Shown here piece after piece: positions 19,832 through 29,014 of a DNA stretch of 37,777 nucleotides. The DNA lies in the NCBI GenBank assembly GCA_045629445.1, contig JAZQRG010000152.1:1-37777 (forward strand). Direction: 5' to 3'. The stretch's first letter is position 1. Each line of letters opens with the position of its first letter. Origin of the DNA: Mycetocola sp. (GTDB lineage Bacteria; Actinomycetota; Actinomycetes; Actinomycetales; Microbacteriaceae). Both the position numbers and the translations under genes were made by a program. The notes beneath the pieces were generated by a model. That model was not told the DNA's origin. It made no database searches and saw nothing but the letters and a program-made list of their open reading frames with translations.

Positions 19832-20013
19832 TGGCTTCATTGCGAATCACGCAGATCAAATCCAAAATTAGTGAGAAGCAGAACCAGCGCGACACGTTGC
19901 GCAGCCTGGGACTGAAGCGCATCGGTGCTGTTGTTGTCCGCGAGGACAACTCGCAGAACCGTGGCTACGTCAACACTGTTGCTCACCTCGTCAAGGTTGA
20001 GGAGATCGACTAA
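19831..20013 (+). CDS. rpmD: 50S ribosomal protein L30
   Basis: ATG 19831; [11 protein letters not shown]...[11 protein letters not shown]...VAHLVKVEE; 60 aa. Confidence 0.97.
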   Translation: MASLRITQIKSKISEKQNQRDTLRSLGLKRIGAVVVREDNSQNRGYVNTVAHLVKVEEID

Positions 20014-20681
20014 TGGCTGACAAGAAAGATGTCACCGAGGAGACCGCCAAGAAGGCTCCCGCGAAGAAGGCCGCTGTGAAGTCGGCTGACGCCAAGGCGC
20101 CCGCTGCCAAGAAGGCTCCGGCCAAGAAGGCTCCGGCCAAGACGGCAACCGCTAAGGCAGACACCGCAGCCGCTGACGCCCCCAAGGCGAAGGCTCCCGC
20201 GAAGAAGGCCCCAGCCAAGAAGGCCGAGGAGTCCGCTCCTCGTCCCCAGGTGCTCAAGGTCCACCACCTTCGTCCCGCTGAGGGCTCGAAGAAGGACCGC
20301 CAGCGCGTTGGCCGTGGTGAAGGCTCCAAGGGTAAGACTGCTGGCCGTGGAACCAAGGGTACGAAGGCTCGTTACTCGGTTCGTCCCGGCTTTGCCGGTG
20401 GCCAGTTGCCCCTGCACATGCGTGCTCCGAAGCTGCGCGGGTTCAAGAACCCGTTCCGCGTCGAGTACCAGGTTGTCAACCTTGAGCGTCTCGCTGAGCT
20501 CTACCCGAAGGGCGGCGACGTCACCGTTGCCGACCTCGTAGCCAAGGGTGCCGTTCGCAAGAACGAGAAGGTCAAGGTCCTCGGAAACGGCGACATCGAC
20601 GTGAAGCTGAACATCTCGGTAGACAAAGTCTCCGGGTCAGCTGAGCAGAAGATCGTTGCTGCTGGCGGCTCTGTAAAGTAA
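20013..20681 (+). CDS. rplO: 50S ribosomal protein L15 with N-terminal Ala/Lys/Pro repeat extension
   Basis: [28 protein letters not shown]; about 65 extra N-terminal residues with AKKAP repeats. Confidence 0.98.
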   Translation: MADKKDVTEETAKKAPAKKAAVKSADAKAPAAKKAPAKKAPAKTATAKADTAAADAPKAKAPAKKAPAKKAEESAPRPQVLKVHHLRPAEGSKKDRQRVGRGEGSKGKTAGRGTKGTKARYSVRPGFAGGQLPLHMRAPKLRGFKNPFRVEYQVVNLERLAELYPKGGDVTVADLVAKGAVRKNEKVKVLGNGDIDVKLNISVDKVSGSAEQKIVAAGGSVK

Positions 20682-20737
20682 GACAAAAGACGCCGGTCGA
20701 GCGCTCGCCCTCAAGCGAGCAGGTCACCGATTGTTCG

Positions 20738-20777
20738 ACAGGCCCGGTAATCGAGTAGATTCGATTGCCGGGCCTGT
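20738..20777 (+). other. Strong stem-loop between rplO and secY
   Basis: acaggcccggtaatcgagt-ag-attcgattgccgggcctgt, about 18 bp including G-U pairs. Confidence 0.65.
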
Positions 20778-20843
20778 TCGATACGGGGCCATCAACCGGC
20801 AATAAGAGCCGAATTCTTCGGCTCGAAAACCAGGAGGCCTTTT

Positions 20844-22166
20844 TTGTTTAGCGCCGTTGCGCGGATCTTCCGCACTCCAGACCTTCGACGGAAGATCGGG
20901 TTCACACTGGGCATCATTGCCCTGTACCGCCTCGGTTCGTTCGTTCCAGCACCGTTCGTCGACTTCGGCAACGTCCAGGCCTGCCTGGCACAGAACCAGG
21001 ACACCTCCGGCCTCTACGAGCTCGTCAACCTGTTCTCGGGTGGCGCTCTGCTCCAACTCTCCATCTTCGCGCTCGGGATCATGCCGTACATCACGGCATC
21101 GATCATCGTGCAGCTGCTGCGGGTCGTCATCCCGCACTTTGAGACACTCCACAAGGAGGGCCAGACCGGCCAGGGCAAACTCACCCAGTACACCCGGTAC
21201 CTCACCATCTTCCTCGGCATCCTGCAGTCGACGACGCTCATCACCGTTGCCCGCTCAGGCGCGCTGTTCGGTACGAACACGAGTGCCGAGTGCAGCCAGC
21301 TCCTGACGAACGACACCTGGTACGCCGTCCTGCTCATGGTGATCACCATGACCGCAGGTACCGGCCTCATCATGTGGTTCGGCGAAATGATCACCGAGCG
21401 CGGCATCGGCAACGGCATGTCGCTCCTCATCTTCACCTCCATCGCAGCGACATTCCCGAGCTCGCTCGGCTCGATCTGGGCCGAGAAGGGCTTCGAGACG
21501 TTCGCCCTCGTGCTCGCCGTCGGCATCGTGATCATGATGCTTGTCGTGTTCGTTGAGCAGTCGCAGAGACGCATTCCTGTTCAATACGCGAAACGCATGG
21601 TCGGGCGCCGCACCTACGGCGGCAACAACACCTACATTCCGATCAAGGTCAACATGGCAGGCGTCGTGCCCGTCATCTTTGCGTCGTCGCTCCTGTACCT
21701 GCCCGCCCTCATCGCGCAGTTCAACACGCCAGCCGCTGGACAAGAACCGGCAGCCTGGGTCACCTGGGTGACGAACTACCTTGTCCAGGGCGACCACCCG
21801 CTGTACATGGCGCTGTACTTCCTGCTCATCGTCGGGTTCACCTACTTCTACGTTGCGATTACGTTCAACCCGGAAGAAGTCGCAGACAACATGAAGAAGT
21901 ACGGCGGATTCATCCCCGGCATCCGTGCCGGTCGACCCACCGCCGAGTACCTCGACTACGTGCTCACCCGCGTCACCCTGCCTGGCTCGATCTACCTCGG
22001 TATCGTCGCTCTCATCCCGCTGGTCGCACTCGCTCTCGTTGGAGCGAACGCGAACTTCCCGTTCGGTGGCGCATCGATCCTCATCATCGTCGGTGTCGGC
22101 CTCGAGACCGTCAAGCAGATCGACTCGCAGCTGCAGCAGCGTAACTACGAAGGACTCCTCCGATGA
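20844..22166 (+). CDS. secY: Preprotein translocase subunit SecY
   Basis: TTG start after AGGAGG; [32 protein letters not shown]. Confidence 0.99.
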   Translation: MFSAVARIFRTPDLRRKIGFTLGIIALYRLGSFVPAPFVDFGNVQACLAQNQDTSGLYELVNLFSGGALLQLSIFALGIMPYITASIIVQLLRVVIPHFETLHKEGQTGQGKLTQYTRYLTIFLGILQSTTLITVARSGALFGTNTSAECSQLLTNDTWYAVLLMVITMTAGTGLIMWFGEMITERGIGNGMSLLIFTSIAATFPSSLGSIWAEKGFETFALVLAVGIVIMMLVVFVEQSQRRIPVQYAKRMVGRRTYGGNNTYIPIKVNMAGVVPVIFASSLLYLPALIAQFNTPAAGQEPAAWVTWVTNYLVQGDHPLYMALYFLLIVGFTYFYVAITFNPEEVADNMKKYGGFIPGIRAGRPTAEYLDYVLTRVTLPGSIYLGIVALIPLVALALVGANANFPFGGASILIIVGVGLETVKQIDSQLQQRNYEGLLR

Positions 22167-22750
22167 CCCGCCTTCTGATCGTCGGCCCTCCCGGCGCAGG
22201 CAAAGGAACCCAGGCAGCATTGATCGCCGAAGCGTTCGGTATCCCGGCCATCTCGACCGGCGACATCTTCCGGGCGAACATCAAAGAGGGCACTGACCTC
22301 GGGCTGAAGATCCAGGAGATCGTCTCGTCCGGCAGTTATGTTCCCGATTCGCTGACCAACGAGATCGTGCGCGATCGGCTGCACCAGGCCGATGCTGCAG
22401 AAGGGTTCCTCCTCGACGGCTACCCGCGCACCGTTGACCAGGTGCTCGAGCTTGACTCGATTCTCGCCGAGACCGGTGCCGAGCTTGACGCTGTTGTCCG
22501 ACTGGTCGCCGACCCTGACGAGGTTGTAGCCCGTCTGCTCAAGCGAGCATCAGAGCAGGGCCGCTCCGACGATACCGAAGACGTCATCCGGCACCGCCAG
22601 GACGTCTACCACGACCAGACGGAGCCGGTCATTGCTGCGTACGCCGAACGCGGTCTCGTGATCGACGTCGACGGCCTCGGGCCCGTTGACGAGGTCGCAC
22701 GACGTGTCAGGGATGCCCTCGCCTCGCGCGGCATCGCTGTCGCGGTCTGA
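22163..22750 (+). CDS. adk: Adenylate kinase (short-LID type)
   Basis: [29 protein letters not shown]. Confidence 0.98.
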   Translation: MTRLLIVGPPGAGKGTQAALIAEAFGIPAISTGDIFRANIKEGTDLGLKIQEIVSSGSYVPDSLTNEIVRDRLHQADAAEGFLLDGYPRTVDQVLELDSILAETGAELDAVVRLVADPDEVVARLLKRASEQGRSDDTEDVIRHRQDVYHDQTEPVIAAYAERGLVIDVDGLGPVDEVARRVRDALASRGIAVAV

Positions 22751-22786
22751 CCCACTCGAGCGACAACCAGGAATCCCAGATACACC

Positions 22787-23614
22787 ATGCTGCGCAAGTC
22801 CATCTATAAAACCCCTGCCCAGCTTCGCCTCATGGTGGAGCCGGGGCTCGCTACCGCGGCATCGCTCGCGGCTGCGCGGCGCGTTATCGCTGTCGGAAGA
22901 ACAACCCTCGAGGTCGATGCTGCTGCGGAAGCGGCAATCGTCGCTCTCGGCGGCCAGCCGAACTTCAAACTCGAACCGGGGTACCACCACACGATTTGCG
23001 CCTCGGTGAACGAGGAAGTTGTGCACGGCATACCGACCTCGCGCGCGCTCGAGCCAGGGGACATCCTCTCCGTCGACAGCGGTGCCATCCTCGGCGGCTG
23101 GAATGGTGACGCGGCGATCACCGTCGTGCTGCCCGATCCGGCGCGACCCGAGCTCGTTGCTGAGCGGCAGAAGCTCTCTGACGTCACCGAGGGCTCGCTG
23201 TGGGCCGGCATCGCCAGGCTCGCACGGGCAAGCCACCTCAACGAGGTCGGCGAAGCGGTACAGGATTACGTCGAAAAACACGGCAACTACGGCATCCTCA
23301 CCGATTACGTCGGCCACGGAATCGGTCGCTCGATGCACGAGGCGCCGCCCGTATTCAACTACCGCGTCCGGCAGAAGGGCCCCGAGGTGAAGCCTGGGCT
23401 CGTCGTCGCGATCGAGCCGATGGTTGTGCTCGGGAGCATCGACACCCACACGCGTGACGATGACTGGACCGTTGCGACGGATGACGGCCTTGCCGCCGCG
23501 CACTGGGAGCACAGCGTTGCCGTGCACAAGGACGGCATCTGGGTTCTCACCGCCGAAGACGGCGGAGCAGCCGGACTCGCGCCGTTTGGAATCACACCCA
23601 CTCCCATCGGCTGA
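22787..23614 (+). CDS. map: Type I methionine aminopeptidase
   Basis: SVNEEVVHGIP, GHGIG, AIEPM, AAHWEH. Confidence 0.98.
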   Translation: MLRKSIYKTPAQLRLMVEPGLATAASLAAARRVIAVGRTTLEVDAAAEAAIVALGGQPNFKLEPGYHHTICASVNEEVVHGIPTSRALEPGDILSVDSGAILGGWNGDAAITVVLPDPARPELVAERQKLSDVTEGSLWAGIARLARASHLNEVGEAVQDYVEKHGNYGILTDYVGHGIGRSMHEAPPVFNYRVRQKGPEVKPGLVVAIEPMVVLGSIDTHTRDDDWTVATDDGLAAAHWEHSVAVHKDGIWVLTAEDGGAAGLAPFGITPTPIG

Positions 23615-23639
23615 CGCCTGGGCGCGATAGTGTCAGTTC

Positions 23640-24521
23640 ATGACGTCGATCGTGCTTGTTCTCGACCACATTCCCGCTGAACGCGACGCGACAGCCGCTG
23701 AGCTCTCAGCGAGCATGCAGTTCGTTCCCGAGGACGAACCTCTCCTGACCGCCTTCGACGCTGCGGCTGGCAGGGGAGACGGAATCTTCGAGACGATCGG
23801 TGCACACGATTCGCGTGCGCGCGGCGTCGAGGCGCATCTCGACCGTCTGACGGCATCCGCTCTCAAACTCGACCTGCCCGCGCCGCACCACGGCCAGTGG
23901 CAGGCGGCCATCGCGGCCCTTCTCGAGGCGCTTCCCGCCGAGGGGCAGGCGTCGATCCGGCTCACCATGTCGCGGGGAACCAGCCCGTCAGGGCCACCAA
24001 CCTGCTGGGCAACGGCAACCGTCATCACCGGCGATTTCCCCGAACGCCGTTCGGGTGTTCGCGTCGTGACCCTGAGTCGCGGGTACGCAAACGACGTTGG
24101 CGAGAGCGCACCGTGGCTGCTCGTCGGCGCGAAGACCTTGTCATACGCCATCAACATGGCCGCACTCCGTGAGGCGAGGCGCAGGGGAGCGGATGACGTC
24201 GTCTTCACATCGACAGACGGTTTTGCGCTCGAAGGACCGACGTCGTCACTGCTTGTGCGCCAGGGCAACACGATCGTCACGCCGGTCATTCAATTCGGCA
24301 TCCTCGCTGGCACGACACAGGCTGACCTGTTCGAGTTTCTGGGCGCTCAAGGATTTGAGTGCGTCTATCGAACGATCGAGGTGGGGGAGTTGCTTCAATC
24401 GGATGCCGTCTGGCTGGTGTCGAGTGTTCGGCTCGCTGTGCCCGTGAGTGCGGTCGACGGAACAACAATCCCGATGGATGCCGACCTGACCGAGCGGATG
24501 AACGCCTCGCTGCTCTCCTGA
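23640..24521 (+). CDS. Class IV PLP-dependent enzyme (aminodeoxychorismate lyase / D-amino-acid transaminase-like), probably leaderless
   Basis: RGDGIFET, HLDRL, AKTLSY (PLP Lys), EGPTSS, GILAGTT; TAGTGT 6 nt before ATG. Confidence 0.85.
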   Translation: MTSIVLVLDHIPAERDATAAELSASMQFVPEDEPLLTAFDAAAGRGDGIFETIGAHDSRARGVEAHLDRLTASALKLDLPAPHHGQWQAAIAALLEALPAEGQASIRLTMSRGTSPSGPPTCWATATVITGDFPERRSGVRVVTLSRGYANDVGESAPWLLVGAKTLSYAINMAALREARRRGADDVVFTSTDGFALEGPTSSLLVRQGNTIVTPVIQFGILAGTTQADLFEFLGAQGFECVYRTIEVGELLQSDAVWLVSSVRLAVPVSAVDGTTIPMDADLTERMNASLLS

Positions 24522-24523
24522 GG

Positions 24524-26440
24524 TCAGGAGTCCATCGTGTGAACGAGTTCGTCGATGAACGCCGCGAAATCAGTCGACTTGCGAATGATGCGCTGAACGT
24601 CCTGCCGGTCGGAGAACACCTCAACGAACTGGTCGAACACCGTCTGGAAGCTCGCGCGTCCCGCCTCGCTGAACGCGATCAGGGCCACAACATTCACGCG
24701 GTTCTCGCCCCATGGCATGCTCGATTCGTTCACAGCGATGGCGATGGACGTCGTCGTCGCCGTCATTGCCATCGCGTGCGGAACAGCGAGGGTGTCGGTG
24801 AACGCTGTCGACGACATCCGTTCTCGTTCAATGGCTCCGTCGATGTAGCTGTCGTCGATGAGACCGCGGTCGCGCATCAGTTCACCGAGGGTGCGGATCA
24901 TGGTCTCTTCGTCCTTGGCGTTCACGTTCCGCAGAAAGAGCGCTTCGTCGAAGTACTTGAGCACTTGATCCTTGATGGTGGACCTGCGCCTCACCCGCTT
25001 GATCCGCGCGATCGCGGCTCGCGCCCGGTCGGCGTCTGAATCAGTGAAGAAGGGCTGGACGGTCAGGATGTTCTCGGACGGCACCGGTGGCTCAATCGTG
25101 GTGAGCACGATGTCGGCGTCGAGGTCCGACCAGGCGACGTCACTGCGTGTGATCACCTTGACGACCTCGAGCGCGTCGCCGAGAAGGATCATCACCCGGT
25201 CGCGCAGCATCAGGTGCATGTCGTAATAGTTGGGGCAGACGATGACGCAGCGCAGCAGGTCATCCCGGCGAACCTGCTGCTGCAGGTGCGCACCGACGTG
25301 CATCGCGATGTAGGCGATTTCGTCGTCGTTGATTTCAATCGCACCCTGGCGCTGCAGCTGACTTGCGATGAATACGGCGAGTTCGTAGATCATCGGGTAC
25401 GAGGTTTTGATGCTCCGGGCGAGCGGGTTTCGAGAGTAGGAACGCTCCTCAGCCCGGCGCAGCAGATTCTGCACGTGAAGCGTCAGGCGGGTGATGAAGT
25501 CCTCATCGCTGAGGTCGACGAGATACTCGTTGCCCGCAGACAGGACGATTGCCCGCACGGTCTCGAGGTCGGCCGTGTTGAGGTAAGCGGGGTGTGCCCC
25601 GGGGACGCCGGTCGCCTCTGTCACCGCGACGCCCCTCGTTGCGAGCAGGTAGGCGAGGTACTCGACATCCTCGGTGCCAAGGCGCGCACCGAGGTGCGTT
25701 TCGATGAGGGCACCGAGCCCGCGAGACAGCTCGGTCGTTGCGGCGGGATGCCCTGTGCCCGTTGCAGGCACCAGCCGATCCTTCGACACGCGGTCGACGG
25801 CGATCGCGATGTGCAGCAGTACGTTGTCGATACCGTAATCGTTGAGGAGGTAGCCGAGGTCGGTGAGCATCGCGAGCAGGGCGGTCTTGAACTCGCTGAG
25901 GTTGTGCGATGAGAACTCGCGCTGGATGGACTCCAGCTCGATCAGACCACGTTCGGTTTCGTCGCGGAACATCCGGCTGAGCAGGCGACGTCTGGCCAGT
26001 TCGCTTCCACTGAGGGTCACAGTGCTGCCAGACCGCACGAGGGTGAGCTCAGCCTCGGAGAGAAGCAGGCGCACCCGCGACAGGTCTGCTTCGATCGTGG
26101 ACTCTGACACGAACAGGTCATTGGCGAGGTCGTAGACATCGAGACCGTCCGGGCTGTCGACCAGCCTGCGGACGATTCCGTAGAGCCGGTCTCGTGGAGT
26201 CTCGGTCTGTTGTTCAAGCCCGCCCTGCCGGAAAGTGGTCCAGGCATCCGTCGAGATGCGGTAGCCGCGTGGGCCCGCTTCGATCAGGTCGAGTCCGGCG
26301 GCGCGATCCTTGAGCGCCGTGACATAGCTCCGAACACTTCTGCTCGTCACTCCGAGCGCGTCGGCAAGCTCAGATGCGGTCACCCAGGTGCCAGCGCGCG
26401 CCAGGTATGAGGCGATGCGGTCTTGCTTCTCGCGTGTCAC
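24524..26440 (-). CDS. MtlR/BglG-family PRD transcriptional regulator (HTH-Mga-PRD-PRD-EIIB-EIIA)
   Basis: GTG 26440 after CAGGAG; ELADALGVTSRSVR, LFVSESTIEADL, DEIAYIAMH, IVCPNY, ERERMSST...AVPH; divergent from the PTS genes. Confidence 0.9.
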   Translation of the reverse strand: MTREKQDRIASYLARAGTWVTASELADALGVTSRSVRSYVTALKDRAAGLDLIEAGPRGYRISTDAWTTFRQGGLEQQTETPRDRLYGIVRRLVDSPDGLDVYDLANDLFVSESTIEADLSRVRLLLSEAELTLVRSGSTVTLSGSELARRRLLSRMFRDETERGLIELESIQREFSSHNLSEFKTALLAMLTDLGYLLNDYGIDNVLLHIAIAVDRVSKDRLVPATGTGHPAATTELSRGLGALIETHLGARLGTEDVEYLAYLLATRGVAVTEATGVPGAHPAYLNTADLETVRAIVLSAGNEYLVDLSDEDFITRLTLHVQNLLRRAEERSYSRNPLARSIKTSYPMIYELAVFIASQLQRQGAIEINDDEIAYIAMHVGAHLQQQVRRDDLLRCVIVCPNYYDMHLMLRDRVMILLGDALEVVKVITRSDVAWSDLDADIVLTTIEPPVPSENILTVQPFFTDSDADRARAAIARIKRVRRRSTIKDQVLKYFDEALFLRNVNAKDEETMIRTLGELMRDRGLIDDSYIDGAIERERMSSTAFTDTLAVPHAMAMTATTTSIAIAVNESSMPWGENRVNVVALIAFSEAGRASFQTVFDQFVEVFSDRQDVQRIIRKSTDFAAFIDELVHTMDS

Positions 26441-26658
26441 GTGCAGCTCCTGTCGAACCCGAGCCTGCAGCCGGACTCTCCTCAACGTTACCCTTCAGCC
26501 GGCCGTCTTCCTTGGGTTATCGCTGAATCCGCCCGGCGTCCTTTCCTACCGGGCGGAAGGGAAGATGGTGGCGACCGGCCGACAGAGTCGGAAGAATCGA
26601 CAAGCTGGCCACCACCCGGCACAGAAACTCACAGCACCAGGTCGACGGAGGCGGATCA

Positions 26659-27018
26659 ATGAAGATCCTTATCGTTTGTGGCGCGGGAGCGTCGAGCACG
26701 TTTGTCGCCCAGCGGGTTCGCAGGGCCGCAGGATCACGCGAGATCGATGTTTCGGCTGTCGCGTGCCCGCTCAGTGGGATTGACGCGCAGTTTGCCGGTG
26801 CCGATGTTATTCTCCTCGGCCCTCACCTCACCACGCAGGAGGCCGACATCCGATCGTCTGCGCGATCTGCGGGAGTGGCCGTCGCGGTCATGCCGCCATC
26901 AGTCTTCTCGTCGCCCGTCGGCGACGAAGCCCTCGACCTTGCTCTTTCTGCCGCCGGAGCACGGATGACACCCGAGGATCACCACCGGCAGGCAACGGAG
27001 GATACATTTCATGGCTGA
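26659..27018 (+). CDS. Stand-alone PTS EIIB component (lactose/cellobiose-type)
   Basis: MKILIVCGAGASST phospho-loop, DVILLGPH; GGAGG SD. Confidence 0.85.
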   Translation: MKILIVCGAGASSTFVAQRVRRAAGSREIDVSAVACPLSGIDAQFAGADVILLGPHLTTQEADIRSSARSAGVAVAVMPPSVFSSPVGDEALDLALSAAGARMTPEDHHRQATEDTFHG

Positions 27019-27277
27019 ACGCACTGTTCGAATCGGATCGTCGCACGGGCTCCACGCGCGCCCCGCGAAACTGTTCACACAGGCGGCGGCGGCATCGGGC
27101 GCGAACGTCACCATTGCCAAGGGCAGCGGCAAGCCGGTGAACGCCTCGAGCATCCTCGGCGTCATTTCGCTCGGTGTCGACTTCGGGGATTACGTCACTC
27201 TCACCGCAGATGGCACCAACGCCGACGCCGTCCTCGACCAGTTGGTCGAACTCCTCGTCACCGACCATGACGAATAA
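27011..27277 (+). CDS. ptsH: Phosphocarrier protein HPr
   Basis: GLHARPA (His15), NASSILGV (Ser46); 88 aa. Confidence 0.95.
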   Translation: MAERTVRIGSSHGLHARPAKLFTQAAAASGANVTIAKGSGKPVNASSILGVISLGVDFGDYVTLTADGTNADAVLDQLVELLVTDHDE

Positions 27278-27319
27278 CCCCATGACACCCAAGCACTCGA
27301 CACCCCGAGGAGAAGAGTC

Positions 27320-29014
27320 ATGACGACAACTCAAACACACAGCGTGCTGAACGGCACCGGAATCGGACAGGGCGTCGTCGTCGGCGTCGTCGCACGGATG
27401 TCTGAGCCGCTGCCCGAGCCGCAGGACACCCCGTCTGGCCGCACGGTCGCCGAAGAGGGCGAGCGAGCACGAGCGTCGCTCAGCGTCGTCGCCCGCGACC
27501 TCGAGGAGCGGGGAAAGGCCGCCGGCGGTACCGCCCGCGACGTCCTTGAAGCCCAGGCCATGATGGCCGAGGACCCCACGCTCTCCGAGATCATCGATGA
27601 GAGCCTCGCTCGCGGAATCACGGCCGAACGCGCCGTCTTCGAAGCCTTCGCCAGTTTCCGTGACCAGCTCGCCGCCATGGGTGGGTACCTGGGCGAGCGG
27701 GCAGCAGACCTCGACGACGTGTCGCAGCGTGTCATCGCCCACCTCTCCGGAGTCGCCGCACCAGGTGTGCCGAACCCCGAGCATCCGTTCGTTCTTGTCG
27801 CTCGTGACCTCGCGCCGGCTGACACCGCCCTCCTCGACCTCGACAAGGTCCTCGGCCTCGTCACGAGTGACGGCGGACCGACCTCTCACACGGCGATCCT
27901 CGCCCGCGAGAAGTCGATCGTCGCCGTTGTCGGTACCGCCGACGTTTCGGCGCTTGCGGACGGAACGACAGTCATCGTCGACGCTGCTGCAGGCACGGTG
28001 ACCGCGTCTCCGAACGCCGATGAGGTAGCAGAGGCCGAACGCCGGATCGCCGAGCGCGCCGCGGCAGCTGTTGCGCCGGTGACCCCCGGGGCGCTCAAGG
28101 ACGGGACCCTGGTCCCGTTGCTCGCGAACCTTGGTTCCTCTGCCGGGGCACAGGCCGCTGCCGACGCTGGGGCGGAGGGTGTCGGTCTTTTCCGCACCGA
28201 GTTCCTGTTCCTCGACGCGGGCGGATCCGCCCCGACCGTCGCCGAGCAGCGCGAGCACTATACGCAGCTGCTCCAGGCATTCCCCGGCAAGAAGGTCGTG
28301 GTGCGGGTGCTGGATGCCGGCGCAGACAAGCCACTTCCCTTCCTCAACGACGTGCACGAGGAGAACCCGGCCCTCGGTCTTCGTGGACTTCGCGCGCTTC
28401 GTGCCAGCGAGGACATCCTGCGCGAGCAGCTCACCGCTCTCGCGGAAGCTGACCAGGCGACGGACGCGGATCTCTGGGTGATGGCGCCGATGGTTTCCAC
28501 CGTCGAAGAGACAAAGTACTTCGTCGCGATCGCCCGCGAGTACGGCATCAAGACCGCCGGAGTCATGGTTGAGGTTCCGTCGCTTGCCCTGCTCGCGCCC
28601 CAGGTGCTCGCGGCGAGCGACTTCGCGTCGATCGGGACCAACGACCTGACCCAGTACACGCTCGCCGCCGACCGTATGCTCGGCTCGGTCGCTGCGCTGC
28701 AGGACCCGTGGCACCCCGCCGTCCTCCGACTGGTCGGAGAGGTCGGCGCTGCCGGTGCCTCGACCGGGAAACCGGTTGGGATCTGTGGTGAGGCCGCGGC
28801 TGACCCACTTCTGGCCGTCGTTCTCGTCGGCCTCGGAGCAACCACCCTGTCCATGTCAACCCCGGCGCTCGTCGATGTACGAGCGTCCCTTCTGAAGTAC
28901 ACCATCGACGAGGCCCGACAGCTCGCCGAGATCGCCCTGGCCGCCGATGGCGCGGCCGAAGCCCGTGCAGCGGTTGCCGCCGCTGCACTCACCCTGAAAG
29001 AGGCACAATCATGA
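27320..29014 (+). CDS. ptsI: PEP-protein phosphotransferase (Enzyme I)
   Basis: TSHTAILAR, GVGLFRTEF, SIGTNDLTQY, GICGE. Confidence 0.97.
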   Translation: MTTTQTHSVLNGTGIGQGVVVGVVARMSEPLPEPQDTPSGRTVAEEGERARASLSVVARDLEERGKAAGGTARDVLEAQAMMAEDPTLSEIIDESLARGITAERAVFEAFASFRDQLAAMGGYLGERAADLDDVSQRVIAHLSGVAAPGVPNPEHPFVLVARDLAPADTALLDLDKVLGLVTSDGGPTSHTAILAREKSIVAVVGTADVSALADGTTVIVDAAAGTVTASPNADEVAEAERRIAERAAAAVAPVTPGALKDGTLVPLLANLGSSAGAQAAADAGAEGVGLFRTEFLFLDAGGSAPTVAEQREHYTQLLQAFPGKKVVVRVLDAGADKPLPFLNDVHEENPALGLRGLRALRASEDILREQLTALAEADQATDADLWVMAPMVSTVEETKYFVAIAREYGIKTAGVMVEVPSLALLAPQVLAASDFASIGTNDLTQYTLAADRMLGSVAALQDPWHPAVLRLVGEVGAAGASTGKPVGICGEAAADPLLAVVLVGLGATTLSMSTPALVDVRASLLKYTIDEARQLAEIALAADGAAEARAAVAAAALTLKEAQS

